Source of the DNA: Kudoa neothunni
Taxonomy: Eukaryota > Animalia > Cnidaria
Assembly: GCA_964304625.1 (NCBI GenBank)
Contig: OZ199838.1
Span: 2,829,702 to 2,893,701 of the forward strand
DNA length: 64,000 bases
Direction of reading: 5' to 3'
Position numbers and translations under genes: made by a program. Of this stretch, positions 40,512-55,100 are shown piece after piece. The notes below the pieces were generated by a model. It had not been told where the DNA came from. It saw only the letters and a list, made by a program, of their open reading frames with translations, and ran no database searches. Positions within the stretch are counted from its first letter, which is position 1, and every line of letters starts with the position of its first letter.

Positions 40512-41481
40512 CTAGGTCAGGTCTTTCTTTCGTAGAATATAGAGTTTGTAGGTCATTCCTTGTGCCCACCTTGGTATGGTTATGGTTATTTGTGCGAAAC
40601 CCTTACTTTTCTTATAGGTAACCTCTTTCTCATCTAAAGATTGAAATACTCCTGAGATATTTTTGTGATTCATCGTTGGTTTGTTGAGATATGTGTGAAT
40701 TGATTCCTAATAGAATAATTATACATTTCGATTTTAATTTTCAACAGACATAGACCATATGGTTACCTTATGTAGCCGGATTTTTTGATCGGCTCTCAAC
40801 ATTTTTTCACATTTCATAAATTTAAGTATAGTTCTTTTTAGATTGATATTAAAGTATTCTGAAGTTGTTTCATCTAGAAAGCGCATTGTTGCAAGAGATT
40901 TCTTAAACAACAAGCGACTAACGTATTCACCAAAACTAAACACTACTTTGGTAACTATAACACACACGCGAGGTATAAAGACATTATTGTACATGTAATA
41001 AGGTACCTCTATTTTCAGCGATGTAACCAAGCTGGATCGTCAAATACAAAACCATGTCGTTTGGATTTAGAATGGTGAGATCTGTGTCGCTCACACAGGA
41101 TCTTTCATAGGAAACATTATTTTGGGTCCAACTTTCAAGTTGGAGTATACCGTTGATATTGATCAAATTCGATGACATTTTAAGTCCTTGTGATTTTTGT
41201 AGAAAGTTCAACTTATAGCTTTCATGGCGGAAACCACTTGTTTGAGTTAGAGTGAATATCTTCAATGTGATTTCGTAGGGATTTATTTCTTTTTGGTTGG
41301 GGATAGTAGTGTCTACAATGTTGACAGAAATTTCTCGGAATTCACTCGTTAGATCTGAATATTGATTGGGGGCATTTTTAGGGAAATTTTTTGTATTATT
41401 TATGATTGGTTGGGCGTGGACATGATAAAAAATGATTAATCCCCAAATTCCTACCACACGAAACGCTGTTATTTTTGTCAT
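40512..41481 (-). CDS. Unknown secreted or surface protein (one frameshift, 3' end uncertain)
   Basis: A 165-aa ORF with a signal peptide (MTKITAFRVVGIWGLIIFYHVHA-QP) overlaps a second 98-aa ORF. A GT-AG intron at about 40707-40765 leads to a further open exon. Confidence 0.55.
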
Positions 41482-43117
41482 TTTATTTCCCGAATAAACA
41501 CAAACTCATCCAATAATTATCTCATTTGATCAGCTAATTTCAATTTAAGTTGCATTAACTGAATCGACTAACAGTTGTTCAACAGTATCCATGGAAATAT
41601 TGTCAAAATAAATCATAATCGCTTGTTCTATATTCCATATTCCAAAAAATCCAGTTGCTAACAGCAAATCAACTCTATTTTAATTCCAACTATTCAATTT
41701 CATACATCAACAAATAAACATTTCTGTTATTGATTTAAACCGGAAATCCTCCCACACTCTAATAGTCAGTACATCTCTTTAGAGATTGGGCATAAAACAC
41801 ATTTTTAAAAAAATCATGTTTCGATCAATTTATTATAATGATTTTGCGATTATAGATATTCCATTTGATAGGCTGATTATTTCATTAAATTATAATAATA
41901 GTAACGAATTGATTATTCCATGTCTAATTTATTAAACGTTGTAAGTTAATTTTTCGGCTAAATTACAGCATTCTTGTAATCTTTGTTGATTGTCGTGAGC
42001 AATAAAAAAGTTCGTATTATAAGTATTTTTTGCGGAAATATTCTTATTTGAAGGTACTGAAATAATTCCAACGTTTGATTCTGGTTATTCTCGATTTCTC
42101 CTAGAATACATTATAAAAATTTCCCCAAATGTGGGGATTTTTGCATTATTTTTATACATGTGTGTATGGTGGGAATATGTACATGATGGTTAGGAAGGCT
42201 GTAAACGACGGGAACCTATTCAAGTGCATTGTTTTCAGGAAAAAAAGTTTTATTCAAAATAGGACAATATTTGAAATGTCGAGGCTTTCTTTGTGGATAA
42301 TTTTTATTGCGATTCAGGCCATCCTCTAAATATGGCCGATGAAGCTTTGCATCAGCATTTGGATATATATCAACAAATTAAACAATATTAGAACGAGTGC
42401 TCATTGTTGGGAACATAATGACTCCAAATTTAGACGAAGAACCCAGTGAAACCACCTTCTCAACAAGAAAATACAAAATACGTCGTAGGAAAGCTTTTAA
42501 GGGGTCACTAATATTAAATAATAGGTGAGGACGATTCTTAAAAATTGAAAAGATTTGACACAGATAAGTTCTCGAGAATATTATTTGAGATTAATCCATG
42601 GTATCTTTATATATTAAAGATGAGGTTAGTTGCTCTCGTAATATGTCATACAATTCGTATAGAATATGCTTGAGGAACATTCAAGCGAAAGTACCAGAAT
42701 TCCATTAATAAGATACCCCAGAATTTGGACGACTATATATATCTGACTAACTGTGTAAAATAAAATATTAACAAGGGAATTGAGTACCCTCTCTAAACAT
42801 ATAATGAATATATTTGCAAATTAAAAATTTCGTCCGATAACTACACGTATACTGTAATTTAGCCAATTTTTTTAAAAATCGAAAGTTACTATAGTCACCA
42901 TTTTAAATCACATTTATCTAAAATAATTTTTCATATGGCTATATTAAATATCAATTGCTTGATCGTATCACCAATTAATGTTCTATAGCAGATTTCTCAC
43001 ATTTTCAAGGGTTTATTTGATTGCACTAATATTCTATGTAAAATAGGGGCTAAATTAGATATCGACGCAAGCGCAGAGGGGTAAGAGATTAGGTGGAGGC
43101 CTTGATTACGTTTGGAA

Positions 43118-44962
43118 ATGGAGAACATCTTTGATTATATAATTATTGGAACTGGTAGCTGTCTCATTTATTAGTTGTTTCTAAGAATTTAAGAAATAAG
43201 CGTCAATTATTAAGGGCTAAAAAATGCTATTCTCTCAGCTGGATTAGCTCAACGAAAAATGTCAATCTACCACATTGACAAGTATATTATGGTGGATTTA
43301 TCGAATGCCATTTAATTTTTGCCAAAGAAAGCCAAACTATGGAAGTTATTGGATGTCACTTACATTCGAGGAAATTCTTGAAATTGAAAAGAATCCTCAG
43401 CAATATACGGATGAATGTTTTTCTAATTTTGAGTTTGTGAACAATTTGTGGTAGGTTAATGATAGAGTTTGCATTTTTAAGTTGTTTTTAGTGAAGAGAT
43501 TGAGACCAACGATTCAACTGAAGAGAGTTTACCACAATCGGGTGCCTCTGAGCACATACTAACTCAACAAAAATGTCTGCAACATCCCTCAACGTTAACT
43601 ATCAAAGATATGACGCGATTGTCAAATAAATTCAAATTCGATTTCGTTCCAAAGATTTTCCAAAACAATTGCAAAACAATCAAACTTATAGTTGACTCTC
43701 AAACTCATAATTATTTGGAATTTATGGTCCATGGAAAAAGTTTTATTGGCCACTGCAACGCTAGCGAAGACCTACTCATGATACCATTCACTCGCGGAGA
43801 TGTTTTTAGAAACGATCGAATGAATCCGTTAGAGAAACGCTCTTTTGTTAGATTTATCACCAAATGTTTGCAACTTTATTCCACTATTACCGCCATCCCC
43901 ATCCCCACGCCCACCCCCACCAACGAAGATAATGAACAAGTTGATTGTGATGGAATGCCTTCTGAAGAAGATTTAGCGAAGAAGGAGTTACAATTGGAGT
44001 TGATAGAATTTTTTAAGCACGCCAAACTACCCAATAACCTTTTAAATGTGTTATCGCACGGTTACATTATCAGTGACTGCTTTTTGAACGAAGAGGGAAA
44101 GTTGTTGAAAGGATTAGACTTTGTGAGACAGTTAGGAGCGTTAACTGAAGCGCTATACACCTTTAACACCCAATCCACACATGTTTGTCTGCGTTATGGC
44201 ATTAGCGAGCTGGCACAAGCGTTTTGTCGAGTGTCTGCGGTGTATGGAACTGTTTTCCGGCTAAATGTTCTGATTCCTTTATTGTTGATTATGATCCGGA
44301 AGATGAGGTTAAATTCACTTTAAAAATCAATGATGATGTTATTAGATCGAAAAATGTCATAGTTGAGCCACAATATTTAAAATATATAATCGGTGCACCG
44401 AGTCCACTCCATAAATCCCCAGTGAAAAAACTTATGCGGGCAATACTGGTAACCACTCACTCACTGTTTGCTCACACATCCACAGATGAACAACATGAAT
44501 CATCTTCTATTCTGACTATATTGGAGAAGAATATCAACGAGACAAACAATCAAGTGGATACAATTGCGTTTGAATTGGGCACCAAGTTAATGGTCACACC
44601 GATGAATCTAAAGTTAGTTCATCTATTCAAGTGGAGCAATGAGGATTCTGCGAAACAATCTTTTCACAATTTATTAAAGATATATTTTTCAACGGATAAC
44701 GATCAATCCTCAGTAACAAAGCCCAAGATTTATATTCCTTCTTTTTTGTTCATAATGTTTATGAGGCGTTTGACCAGAATCAACATCCTCCATTGATTAC
44801 CACCACTTACCCACATCCTTCATTGAATGTAGATAACGAATTGATAGAGGTATCCTTGTGCCAATAATCTATTTTTATTATGCTATTTAGGTTGCTTCTC
44901 TAATGGAGTATATCGATCCTCAAACACCTATACTTTTACCTCGCAAAATCCACGATAATTAA
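43118..44962 (+). CDS. CHM: Rab escort protein (GGTase II component A, REP/GDI family)
   Basis: FDYIIIGT|GLKNAILSAG, YGSYWMSLTF, KFKFDFVPK, IPFTRGDVF..MNPLEKRSFVRF and YGISELAQAFCRVSAVYG, which favour REP over GDI. Two homopolymer frameshifts, near 44264 and 44730. Confidence 0.88.
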
Positions 44963-47909
44963 TAACTAGGATATTGGATTGATTTTTTACAAGTTAAAAT
45001 TCATTGTTTATAGTTTTAATTTTATACCATTTTGCTGTAAATTCAGTGTATCGCACATTATTTAATGAGCCGCTTATCAAGGAAATATCTGATTTTTGGC
45101 ATTCCTTATTTGTTAGGTGTTCTCTTCTGGGTGTGTTTTTCATGCCGGATTAGGTTGAAACTTATTAAGTTAAGTTGAATTGGGACTAGGATCATGTCCT
45201 AGATAATTTTAATCCGTGTATGCATTTTTATAGCCATTCAAGAAATATTAATTTTTACCTTGATCACAATATTTGAAATTGAATGAAGAATAGCTCGAAT
45301 TCCCCACCCAACATAGCTCGGTGAAAGTTTTTCACTTAGAAGTTTCTTAGAAAAATATATTAATTTTTCAGATTAATGTATAGGAGTAAAGTTAAAATTT
45401 GTATAAAGCATTATGCTTTTAAAGATTGTAGTTAGCGAAATTAAGATCATGATTACTTCTAAAATCTAGATGAAGGTGTACCCACCCTGGCCTTCAATTA
45501 ACAACTCTATATAAAGCCACGTAAATTTCTTGTTATAAGGAAACAATGTTGGCACGCATCTCTTGTCTACACATTAGATAATAGAATTTTAGATAACAAT
45601 TGGTGTTTTATTCTAATAATGTGCAGCGAGTTTTGTCAAAATTTAAATTAATTAAAATAATTTTTTAAACTATATTTTAAAAACAATTTTTGAGAATTAC
45701 ATCTCAAAAATTGTTAGAAGGTATACTTTTTTTTCGTCATTAATGGGTTAAATAATAATAATAATAATAATAGGAACCCCCAAACTTGCCTTTTGGGACG
45801 AATACTCAATAAACAATCAAATTAAAAAAACATTGACTTTATAGAAAAGTAGATCTAACTTTTTAGGATTATTATATTTAATATTAAACGTAAACATTGA
45901 ATCAGACATAGTTGGTAATATTAAATAAAAAAAATTTATCCAGGCATTTATTTTAATTAGTAATAGAATTATTTTGGTTATAATAATAATAATAATAATA
46001 ATAATATAATAATAAATTTTGTTTTCAATCCAGGAATAGTGGACAGGACGAAAGATACATGTTAATAAAATGTACATCGTCATATTTTGATGGTTTAATT
46101 AGTATCACTCCGTAGAATGCACAATATTTCATAAATTAAAGCGAGAATTAATCTCTATCTTTCTAATTTGTGGTAAAAACATGGATTGATTTTACACAAT
46201 AACTCCGCGCCCTCTTAACAGACTTTTAGGGTAAAAATAATGCGTTAATTAAAAACAAGAAGCCCTTATATAGGTTTTAAAATAAATGATTAAATTAAAA
46301 CGGCTCATAATAAATTTATATTTAATCACTATTGATTTCTTAAAAATATTGATTTTCTCCATAATAACAAAATATGTTGGACGCCATTAGATCAGAAATA
46401 GTTAAAAAGTAGTTATATAATCTAACTGTTAAATTTTTAATTTATCATGGGATTTGTTTTACTCAGCAAAGCCAATTCTCGAATGAATCGAGTATCATAT
46501 AAATGATTATCTCTCAGATGTTTATTGTAATGAGATTAGGATTCGAGTAGAGATTGTTGGTGACATTGAAGCTGCTTTATTGAATATTCAAACATCTATC
46601 TGCCGGTAAAAAGCCAGAAACAAGTAATTTTGATTAAAATACGTTCATATTCACGCTATTTTATTCTTTCGCGTCAATAATTGGTGAAGTTAGTTACACA
46701 GTTCTAGGATAATCACGCCTACCATTGAACATTAATATTGTAATATGTTATTAGATAGAAATCATTTGAAAGTAACATTTATTAGAACAAGAACTCGTTA
46801 TTCTATATAGTGAAATTTATTTATTACACACATTATGTGTCCAATCATATTGACTCAGTCGTAACTGTATCATTATTGGTAGGTGACAACCAATTCTTAA
46901 TCTGTTAAAAAGCCTTATTAGATAAGATCTATTCAAAATATGGCATTTAAATGCGTTTATATGACTTTCATTAAGAATTTTTTATTTTTACCGAAACTCT
47001 CACTAAATACAATGACTTAGGGGTAGTACGTAACTAAAATCATTGGACACGAGTCATAATCTCCTTTTTAAGAGAAAATTCATTACACACGACACAAAAA
47101 ATTCACAAAAACCATTGATAATGTAAATTTTCTTAAATCAAATTGAAATAATACGTTATTAAGTTTATATTGTGTGAGTTAAATTTACTAGGTATTTAAT
47201 AAATTGGGTTTATTGCGATATTACGTACGACCCATAAGTTATTGTATATACATAATTGTGATAATTGAACAGTGATTTATACTCCTTTAAGAAATATCTG
47301 ATTAAAGAATTTATAAATTAAGCAGACTCAAAAATTCATAGTACAACCAGATTTTATGGAAGTATGCTGCATTTATTAACACAGACTATCGAATATTAAG
47401 ATAAATTGTTCTGGCTATAAATGGAGTTTTAGATAATAGAGAATCAGTTATAGAACATCTGAAAATATTATCTGTGGCATAGATATGCAATGGTGTCTTC
47501 CAACGAGTGTATACGTGCTTTATTTGAGCATTGTGCAAAACTATCATAAATAGAAATAATAAAAATAAATAGTAGAAGCCATTAAATTAATGAAAGTACA
47601 AATACGAGTTGTAGCAGATCCAAAAGGTAATATATACACAGTTTGTGGGTAAGAGTTTCTGGAGTTCAAAATTGTCATTGCGTAAACGAAGATGCTGTTT
47701 AATATTTAAATTTACCAGGAAATTCTCTCAGCCTTTAAGTAGAACAGAATCCTAAACTTTAATCTGTTTTATAAGCTTTAATGATGTTATATAGATTGAA
47801 TCTGTGGGGTATAAGAACAAGATTTTATTAGCTAACACCTCGAACAATTTAAATATCTAATGCAGTCCCTTCACTGCATCGAACTGTAATTGCAGACACA
47901 TCTCACCTT

Positions 47910-47946
<37 letters not shown>

Positions 47947-49185
47947 ATACATTATAAGCTCAGCAATCAATAAGGAGCAGATACACAAAATGTACATGAA
48001 AAGGCCTAATTGGAAACCTCATAAATCTTATTCCAATGAGGAGACACTCGTCGCAAATACTGGCGTTTTATAAGTTTTGGATTTTAATGGAGTGTAACAC
48101 TTTAAACTGCTTTACTGATAATGCATGATCCTTAAGTGATTGTGTTTGCCTTTTGTAACCGGGTATATTCGTCTTAATTAATTAATTAATCAATCAATCA
48201 ATCAATCAATCAATTAATTAATTATTTGTTTATTTATTTGTGTATTTATAAATAAATAAATAAATAGGATCGATCGTCTAATGGAAATAGCATTTGGCTT
48301 ATTACGCCTAATGTTAGGATCGATATATTGGTCGAAAAAATTAAAAAAATAGAGGAAAAACTTACATTTTATCATATTCCCAAAGAGCAAATATTGAGTA
48401 AAAATTTAGCTTTAAATAGATGCTAAGAAGCCAGTGGTTTTTGGTCTGCAGGAAATTTCACAGCATTTGTGTTATTAAAAAATATTTATTTATTACAAAT
48501 CCAGTCATCACAGGTTTAATTTAATCTATTTATTAATTTCACTCATAATTCGAGAGAATAAAAATAATGGATAAAACGGTCACATTTAATAACACATGCT
48601 GATTCAAAGTAATTATAAGTAAATTCACATCTTCCGACAACGAGAAATATGAGAGAGATGGAGAGGTTGGAAAAGGTATTAGTGTGATAATATTTTGAAT
48701 TTTTATTCACAAGGTAATATAAGAGATTATAAAATATTCTCATAATCCAGAATCTGGGATTAGGATTTGGTGAAAATTTTGATCATTTAGTTGTTTTGGG
48801 TTATTAACAGGGTGGTTGAGCTCTCGATGTATTTGATACGTTATAATTCGAAGCATCCACGATAAAAATAATTCTATTTAATGGGTAATACTGGTTGAAT
48901 ACTTGAATTTTAGATAAACGAATAATTGTTGATGTTATCTGATAATTTATTTTGAAAAGGTGTAACCGCATTCGGATAATCTCATTAGTTGATAATTTTT
49001 CAATGGAAAATTAGATTGATTCTGTCGATAAAGTTGTAATGAAAGTGGAATCGAATAACAACTCAATTAAAAACAATTGCCTCACCACGCAGCTGCTTGT
49101 GGTCCAATAATCTGGTTATTGACCAAAAACAGCGAAATCTGTTAAATCTGAGATTAGTTACTTCAGTTTTTCGCGAAAGTTTTCA

Positions 49186-52100
49186 ATGGATCACATGATC
49201 GAATAGAGTATCAAATTAGACTCCACAGTCTATCCTTACACAAATAAGGTGTTATGCTTGATCGCTAATTTAATGTAAAGTCCCACCATCGAGTGGAGGG
49301 AATGGAAACGAAGCGCGCCATTAGTTAAATCTGAAATCGTTTCTGATTCGTTAATCACCGTTCCATTTAGTGAAAATTAATTGGACAGCAATAAACCGAA
49401 GTTTTCTATCACCTCTGAAACTGTGATGGTTAGTTCGAATCAACAGAAACCCACCAAAAACCTACCCCTATTTTATGCCGCCAAAAATCCATTTACATAT
49501 GAAGACATGTTGACTTTTGAGTGGTTTGAATCGGATTTCACGGGAGATCGAATCTACTTTTTGGAACCAAAAAATGATTCCAATCAATCCCACAAAGAGA
49601 CAAATTCGAGTCGTCATTGCGTACCATCATCTAGTGGAGGGTTGATTTGGGTTTTCGATCGCCAGCAACAACAAAAAACAACACCAACAACAAATCAATG
49701 ACAATCTCAATACCTCCCTCCTCAATAGTCGTATCTTTGGTGGGTGTTGTTGATTTGGCGCTAATTATTATTTAGAAGTACCATGATGCGGACGGCAAAT
49801 TGCTTCAATCCAATCAACAAAAAGGAATACCTTCAAAAGCGGACTACAGTTCGCAAATAGCCTCCAACAACTATTCCGAGAAAAGCTCTACTGATTGGTA
49901 TTTTTTAATGGAATTTGAGGATAGGTTGGTATTGGTCGGTGTAGTAGTTGTTGATGTGTTGGCATCACGATCGACCATCGACCCAATATTGAAATTGCTT
50001 GTTGATTTCACTTATTCTCTGTCTGTGGATGGTGGTATCGTATTAAATTAACGATAATTATTTTAGCTCGGACTTGAAATACAACCAGCATGGAACTGAT
50101 TATAGCATGCCGCCCCAGAAAAATGCATCATTGAAAAATGTGGTGTTCGAATAATAGAGAAGGTTGGCGATGGAAAATACAGCAACCAATCCAAAAAAGT
50201 TTGCACCACACCAGTTGCCATGATATGATTTTGGTCTATTTGTAGCAGATTTAAAGAACGACTTTACACATTGACTGTTGATGAGATTGAGCATTATAAA
50301 CAAATCGCCACCGCACATCTGAAAGAGTTCACAGCTCTTTATGCTGTACCATTTGGAGAGCAAAGTAGTGCTTCCTCCTCGAAACAGTATATTTTTGCAT
50401 ATTATCGGTTGATTGTGTTGAATTTTGTCAAATAAACTCGGTAGGATAACTCCAAAAAGTCGCAATAAACGCAAATCAATCACTATCCTCAGGTATCTAC
50501 ATCTGAACATTTGCAGATTGGCTGATGTATTATTATTGCTGAACCGATTAACGTACTCATCCAGGTAACGACGTGTTCAATTGGTCGCCATACGAGTGTG
50601 TAAAAAAATTCGGTCTTCCTCTCCCACCTTCGATCTACAAAGCCACCCAATATGTGTCGATGAAAGCCACTCCACTGATGGACTTTTCAGACGATGTGGT
50701 CTCATGTCCAGGAAAAACAAATTGATCAAGTCCATCATCGATTGCCCAACGACATCAACAGCTTTCGGGAATACACCAACTACGATATTGCCGATATAGT
50801 GAAACATTATTTGGTGAGAATACCCGGGACTATTTTTACGAGAAAATTTGTCCACGTTTTCTCCATCCTACTCACCAACACGGGAATCAACGAATGTCTC
50901 AACAATGATGAAAATCAAAGCACAATAATCAGATCACACATTGATCTCGCAAGGGTAGCTATTATGAGTCTACCAGATGAGTATCGAGAGATACTGCAGG
51001 TTATACTTGAGATGCTTAAAACCGTATCAAACCATTTCCAACGAAAATGGAGTAATTTGATCGCGCGCGATTGTGAGATGTTTTGGTATTGTGTGTAGAT
51101 GACCGCCGAAAATTTAGCTACCTGTTTAACCCCATCAATTTTCCAATTAAATTTTGACAGGGCTACACTCACCAAACCATCAGATGGTAAAGCTACCGAA
51201 AGAAACCTACTAAATATCAACGTACCGAGCTTAGAGGTATCTTGATTCGGTTGTGGGTTGTTGAAACACTCGACCAATGGGGATTTTAATAATTGTCCCA
51301 TTGGCCAATTGTTGATTTTTAAAATTCTTATTATTACGATTGAGACTTCTCAATCCTTGCAGAGCCTGCGTATTTAAATTGGATAGCGAACATTTTTCCT
51401 ACTATTTCGGTCTAATAACACCAAAGATGCGTTAACCCTCGAATTTAACTAAGTGACTAAACAAATATTTTTGACCTATTATGTCTAATTTTAATAATTT
51501 TGTATAAATTATCCAAAAATTAAATACTTGGACATCGCTATTTTAATCAAATAATCACTATTCGATCATCAGAAATGAAATAATAAATTATCTACTACAG
51601 TGGTGAGTAAATGCGACCCTTGAAGATATATGTGTTGCCCGCGTAGGGTTTAAGAGCGTTTAGGGTTTTAACAATCCGTTTTCTTAATTAATATAAATCA
51701 GCTTCTATTATCAATTGATACAGTATTTTAAACAAAGAACCACTAGAATAAATTTTCAAACTATCACATTTTTACATATTTTTGTGTGCGAAAGAATTAA
51801 CTTTGATATTGAAAAAATTATTTACAAAACCGAGAACCCATTTTAAAGCTGCAAACAATTTTAGAAATAACCGAAACCGACCAGTCTCAACCTCTAGAGT
51901 GTAGGTTAGAGGTCAGCAACTCGCATGCCGCATGTGGCTCAATAAGGTCATATGTGCTGCTCTTCATCTTGTGGGCATAATATAAACTACAATATGTAAG
52001 GTTAAATCACGAAGAGATTTTATAACTCGTAGTCGTTGAACTCATTACTACGTTCAAATTTTGAATTTTCATCGGACATAAATCATTTTTAATGAAAACA

Positions 52101-55100
52101 TATGGATATTGAAATGAATGTATGGTGGTACTCCAATTTCAACAACTTGAACTAATTCTCTTAATTTCCAACTTAAAAGTTAAATATAGAAAGAAATAAT
52201 TCAGCAAAAACAATTAACTTATAAATAATTAAAATTCCTCATAGAAAATTGTCCTATGCATATTTAATAATTAACGAGTCACAATAACTCTAAATGTTCC
52301 CAATTTTATCTACGGTTTTAATTCCAAAATTTATTTTTTATCATTAATAAAAAAATTATTATTGAACTGAAACTATTTAATAATGAATTTTCCGAGTATT
52401 TTACAAAGTACATCTGATTTGTTAATATGCGTAACTTCTTTTTAAACCTCTAAATTAGACTTTTTGAAGCGTTTATAATTTTTCCACCTTAAAAACTTCG
52501 TTGAGTCAACTTGTCTACATACTAAATAGTTATACATACATTTTCATTAAATTTTATCTATTCACAAGAATTCTCTTGTAATATTAAACGGTCTTTAGTA
52601 TTAATACAAAGAAAACCCCATGTAAATGTCGTTGAAATAATAAAATATAACGAATAAAAAATTATTATAATTTTTTCCTGGAAAGATTTTTATTCTACAG
52701 CAGAGATTCTCGGCTGGAGGTAAATTTAAAAAATGTGAATATTACATTGATACCTACATAAATAACTATTTTTATAAGTTCATGTTATTTAAATCATATT
52801 TTAGAATTGACATATTTCCTAATAAATTTTAAGAAATATCAATTCTATTCGTTAGTGATATTTAAGTCACAACAAATTTGGTGTAATCTGAAATGTCATA
52901 AATGGGATTAATTTTGATTAACTTTATTATATTCATATTTATAGCTTAGGCTTATTTTAAAGTATGATATGTCATGTTTAAAATAACAACTATAAAACAA
53001 TTCTATCAGAGTTTTTGTTTAAATATATCATATCTGTTTAATGAGTAATATTAACTTTTCTTAATTCAGATAAAATTAAAATTTTTTAAGTATAAAGCAT
53101 ATAATTTCAATTATAACTTAACAATAGTATGCCGATCACATAATTTCTATATTTAAAAAAATCCATATATTATCTTATCAAATGAATTTATATACTAACT
53201 TTTTTATTGTACCAAAAATGTTAGAAAACGTACCAATAGATATTTAAGTTCTCAAAGAAACGCTTAATCAACAATAGGAGTCTCCAAGCTTCTACAATGA
53301 GTCAGTGTGACCCGCACCCCCAAAAGTTATGCCCATCACTGATTTATTACAATTGCAACTGTTCGAAAAACAGTTTCTGTTTATGTTGAGGCATAAATGG
53401 ACATTACACTTAATTTAAATATGTTAATATAACCTATTTTGAAGAATCAGTTGAAAGGTTCATATATATATTATCTTCAACTTGTTCAAAAATACCAGTT
53501 GTTTCAATATCATTGTTTATTTAATTTTTTGCGTTCACTGTCCAATTTAAGCGATTCCCAAGCCAGATTAAATTAGTTAACAGAATCAAGTTGTTATAGA
53601 AACAAAAAAATAAATTTAAAAAATTCCTTGTTTCGAAATACAATTAAGGTGTTTATTTTATTGCAGAAAAGTTCGTTTCATATCTTTACTATGTAAACGT
53701 TATTATTTATATGAAGGGCATGTTCAAGTGTGTGTAATATTCCTTTTTTTTTATTTTAAGTGAAAAATTTAAAAGTAAAACTCCGTCACTTTATTATTTT
53801 TAAAAGTACTATTATATTAAGAAATACTCATAGGGAAAAATGAAAGAAAATATTTTGTAAAGGATACTGATATAATAAACGCTGATTGGCCACCTCCAGG
53901 TATTCAAGGATTAAGACAACTTTTAAAATAATTATTTCAAATATTGTAAGGTTTATGTTTGACTTATGTGAATGTAGTTTAAAAGTATTTTTAATTTAGT
54001 ACTGATATATATATACGTTTTGAAATTTTGTAGTCATGCTGAATCCTTTTATTTTTGAGTTATTATATACACTACCTAGCATCATCTCGATAACACGGTT
54101 GAATATTAATCGTCATAATATAGATTAATCTTTATTTCCAATTTTTTTTAATATTAATTAAATAATTTTTAAATTTGATCAATGTGCAAGGTTATCGTAA
54201 AGGTTAAATACTATAAAATAGCTAAATTATTTTTGCGTGTGCGTGCAAAATAAAAACAATAGCTGAATAAACGTATTCCATGTACCACTAAGGATTTTTT
54301 TACTCTGAAGTATTTTTGAATATTTTGTTTACTTTAAAAACGATTGAAAATTTCAATAATTTTTCTACCACATATATTAGTTATTTTACAGGAAATAAGT
54401 TTTTTGTAAAATAAATCGATTAGATTTTCATGTTTCATCAACAATACAAAAAAAATAATTAGCCAATTTTATACTTAATGTTGTACAGGAAAATTTAAAT
54501 TCGAATTTAGGCCGTTTGAGGACTGAATATTTTTCTAGCTTGCATTGATTAACTGTGTATTTATATACATGTATTTAGAGTGCTACCAAAAGCTGTGCTT
54601 TCCTTATAAAGAATGTGTATCACCTGTTCGCGGTAAGTCTACTTCCATTTTAGAATCTTTTGGCATGGTAAAATTAACTCTCAAATAATCTGTAATTTTT
54701 TAATCATCCTCCAATTTTTCATTTTACTATTCACTGCAGAAAATAAAATATCTAATAATATTCATAGTCGTAAAATTAATATAATATTAGGTTTTTATTA
54801 GTTTCGCATGATTAATTATACCGTTGGATTTATTTCTCAAGTTTTATTCTCATAGTCACTTTGATAGTATAGTTTATTAATTTTTATGTTAATCTATAAC
54901 ACATTCTATGCTTTAAATCATGTCCATTAATAATTTTCAAATATAAGTTAGATAACCTTATTATTTTAACATTTCCGAAGTTTTAATAAGGTTGTTTTTA
55001 TAGACATCAAAAATTTATGAGACAATGATCCACGCATATTTAAAAATCAAATATATATTATTAATGGCTACTACTTACGCTCTTTCTGAATGTAGGTGTT

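Noticed and set aside
42330-42800. Exon-like fragments upstream of the REP gene
   Set aside because: I could not assemble an open spliced frame or recognise a family.
46100-47945. Possible non-LTR reverse transcriptase traces (SGFLP on the minus strand) and (AAT)n tails
   Set aside because: A single short motif only, and the tail orientation is inconsistent.
48540-49080. Minus-strand ORF-like region upstream of the RhoGAP gene
   Set aside because: Short, low complexity and with no recognisable motif.
51644-51670. TAGGGTTT telomere-like motifs
   Set aside because: Only two non-tandem copies.
51907-53341. Charlie-like hAT left end and a CCCATCACTG right end
   Set aside because: The TIRs and 8-bp flanks do not match, so a single element cannot be supported.
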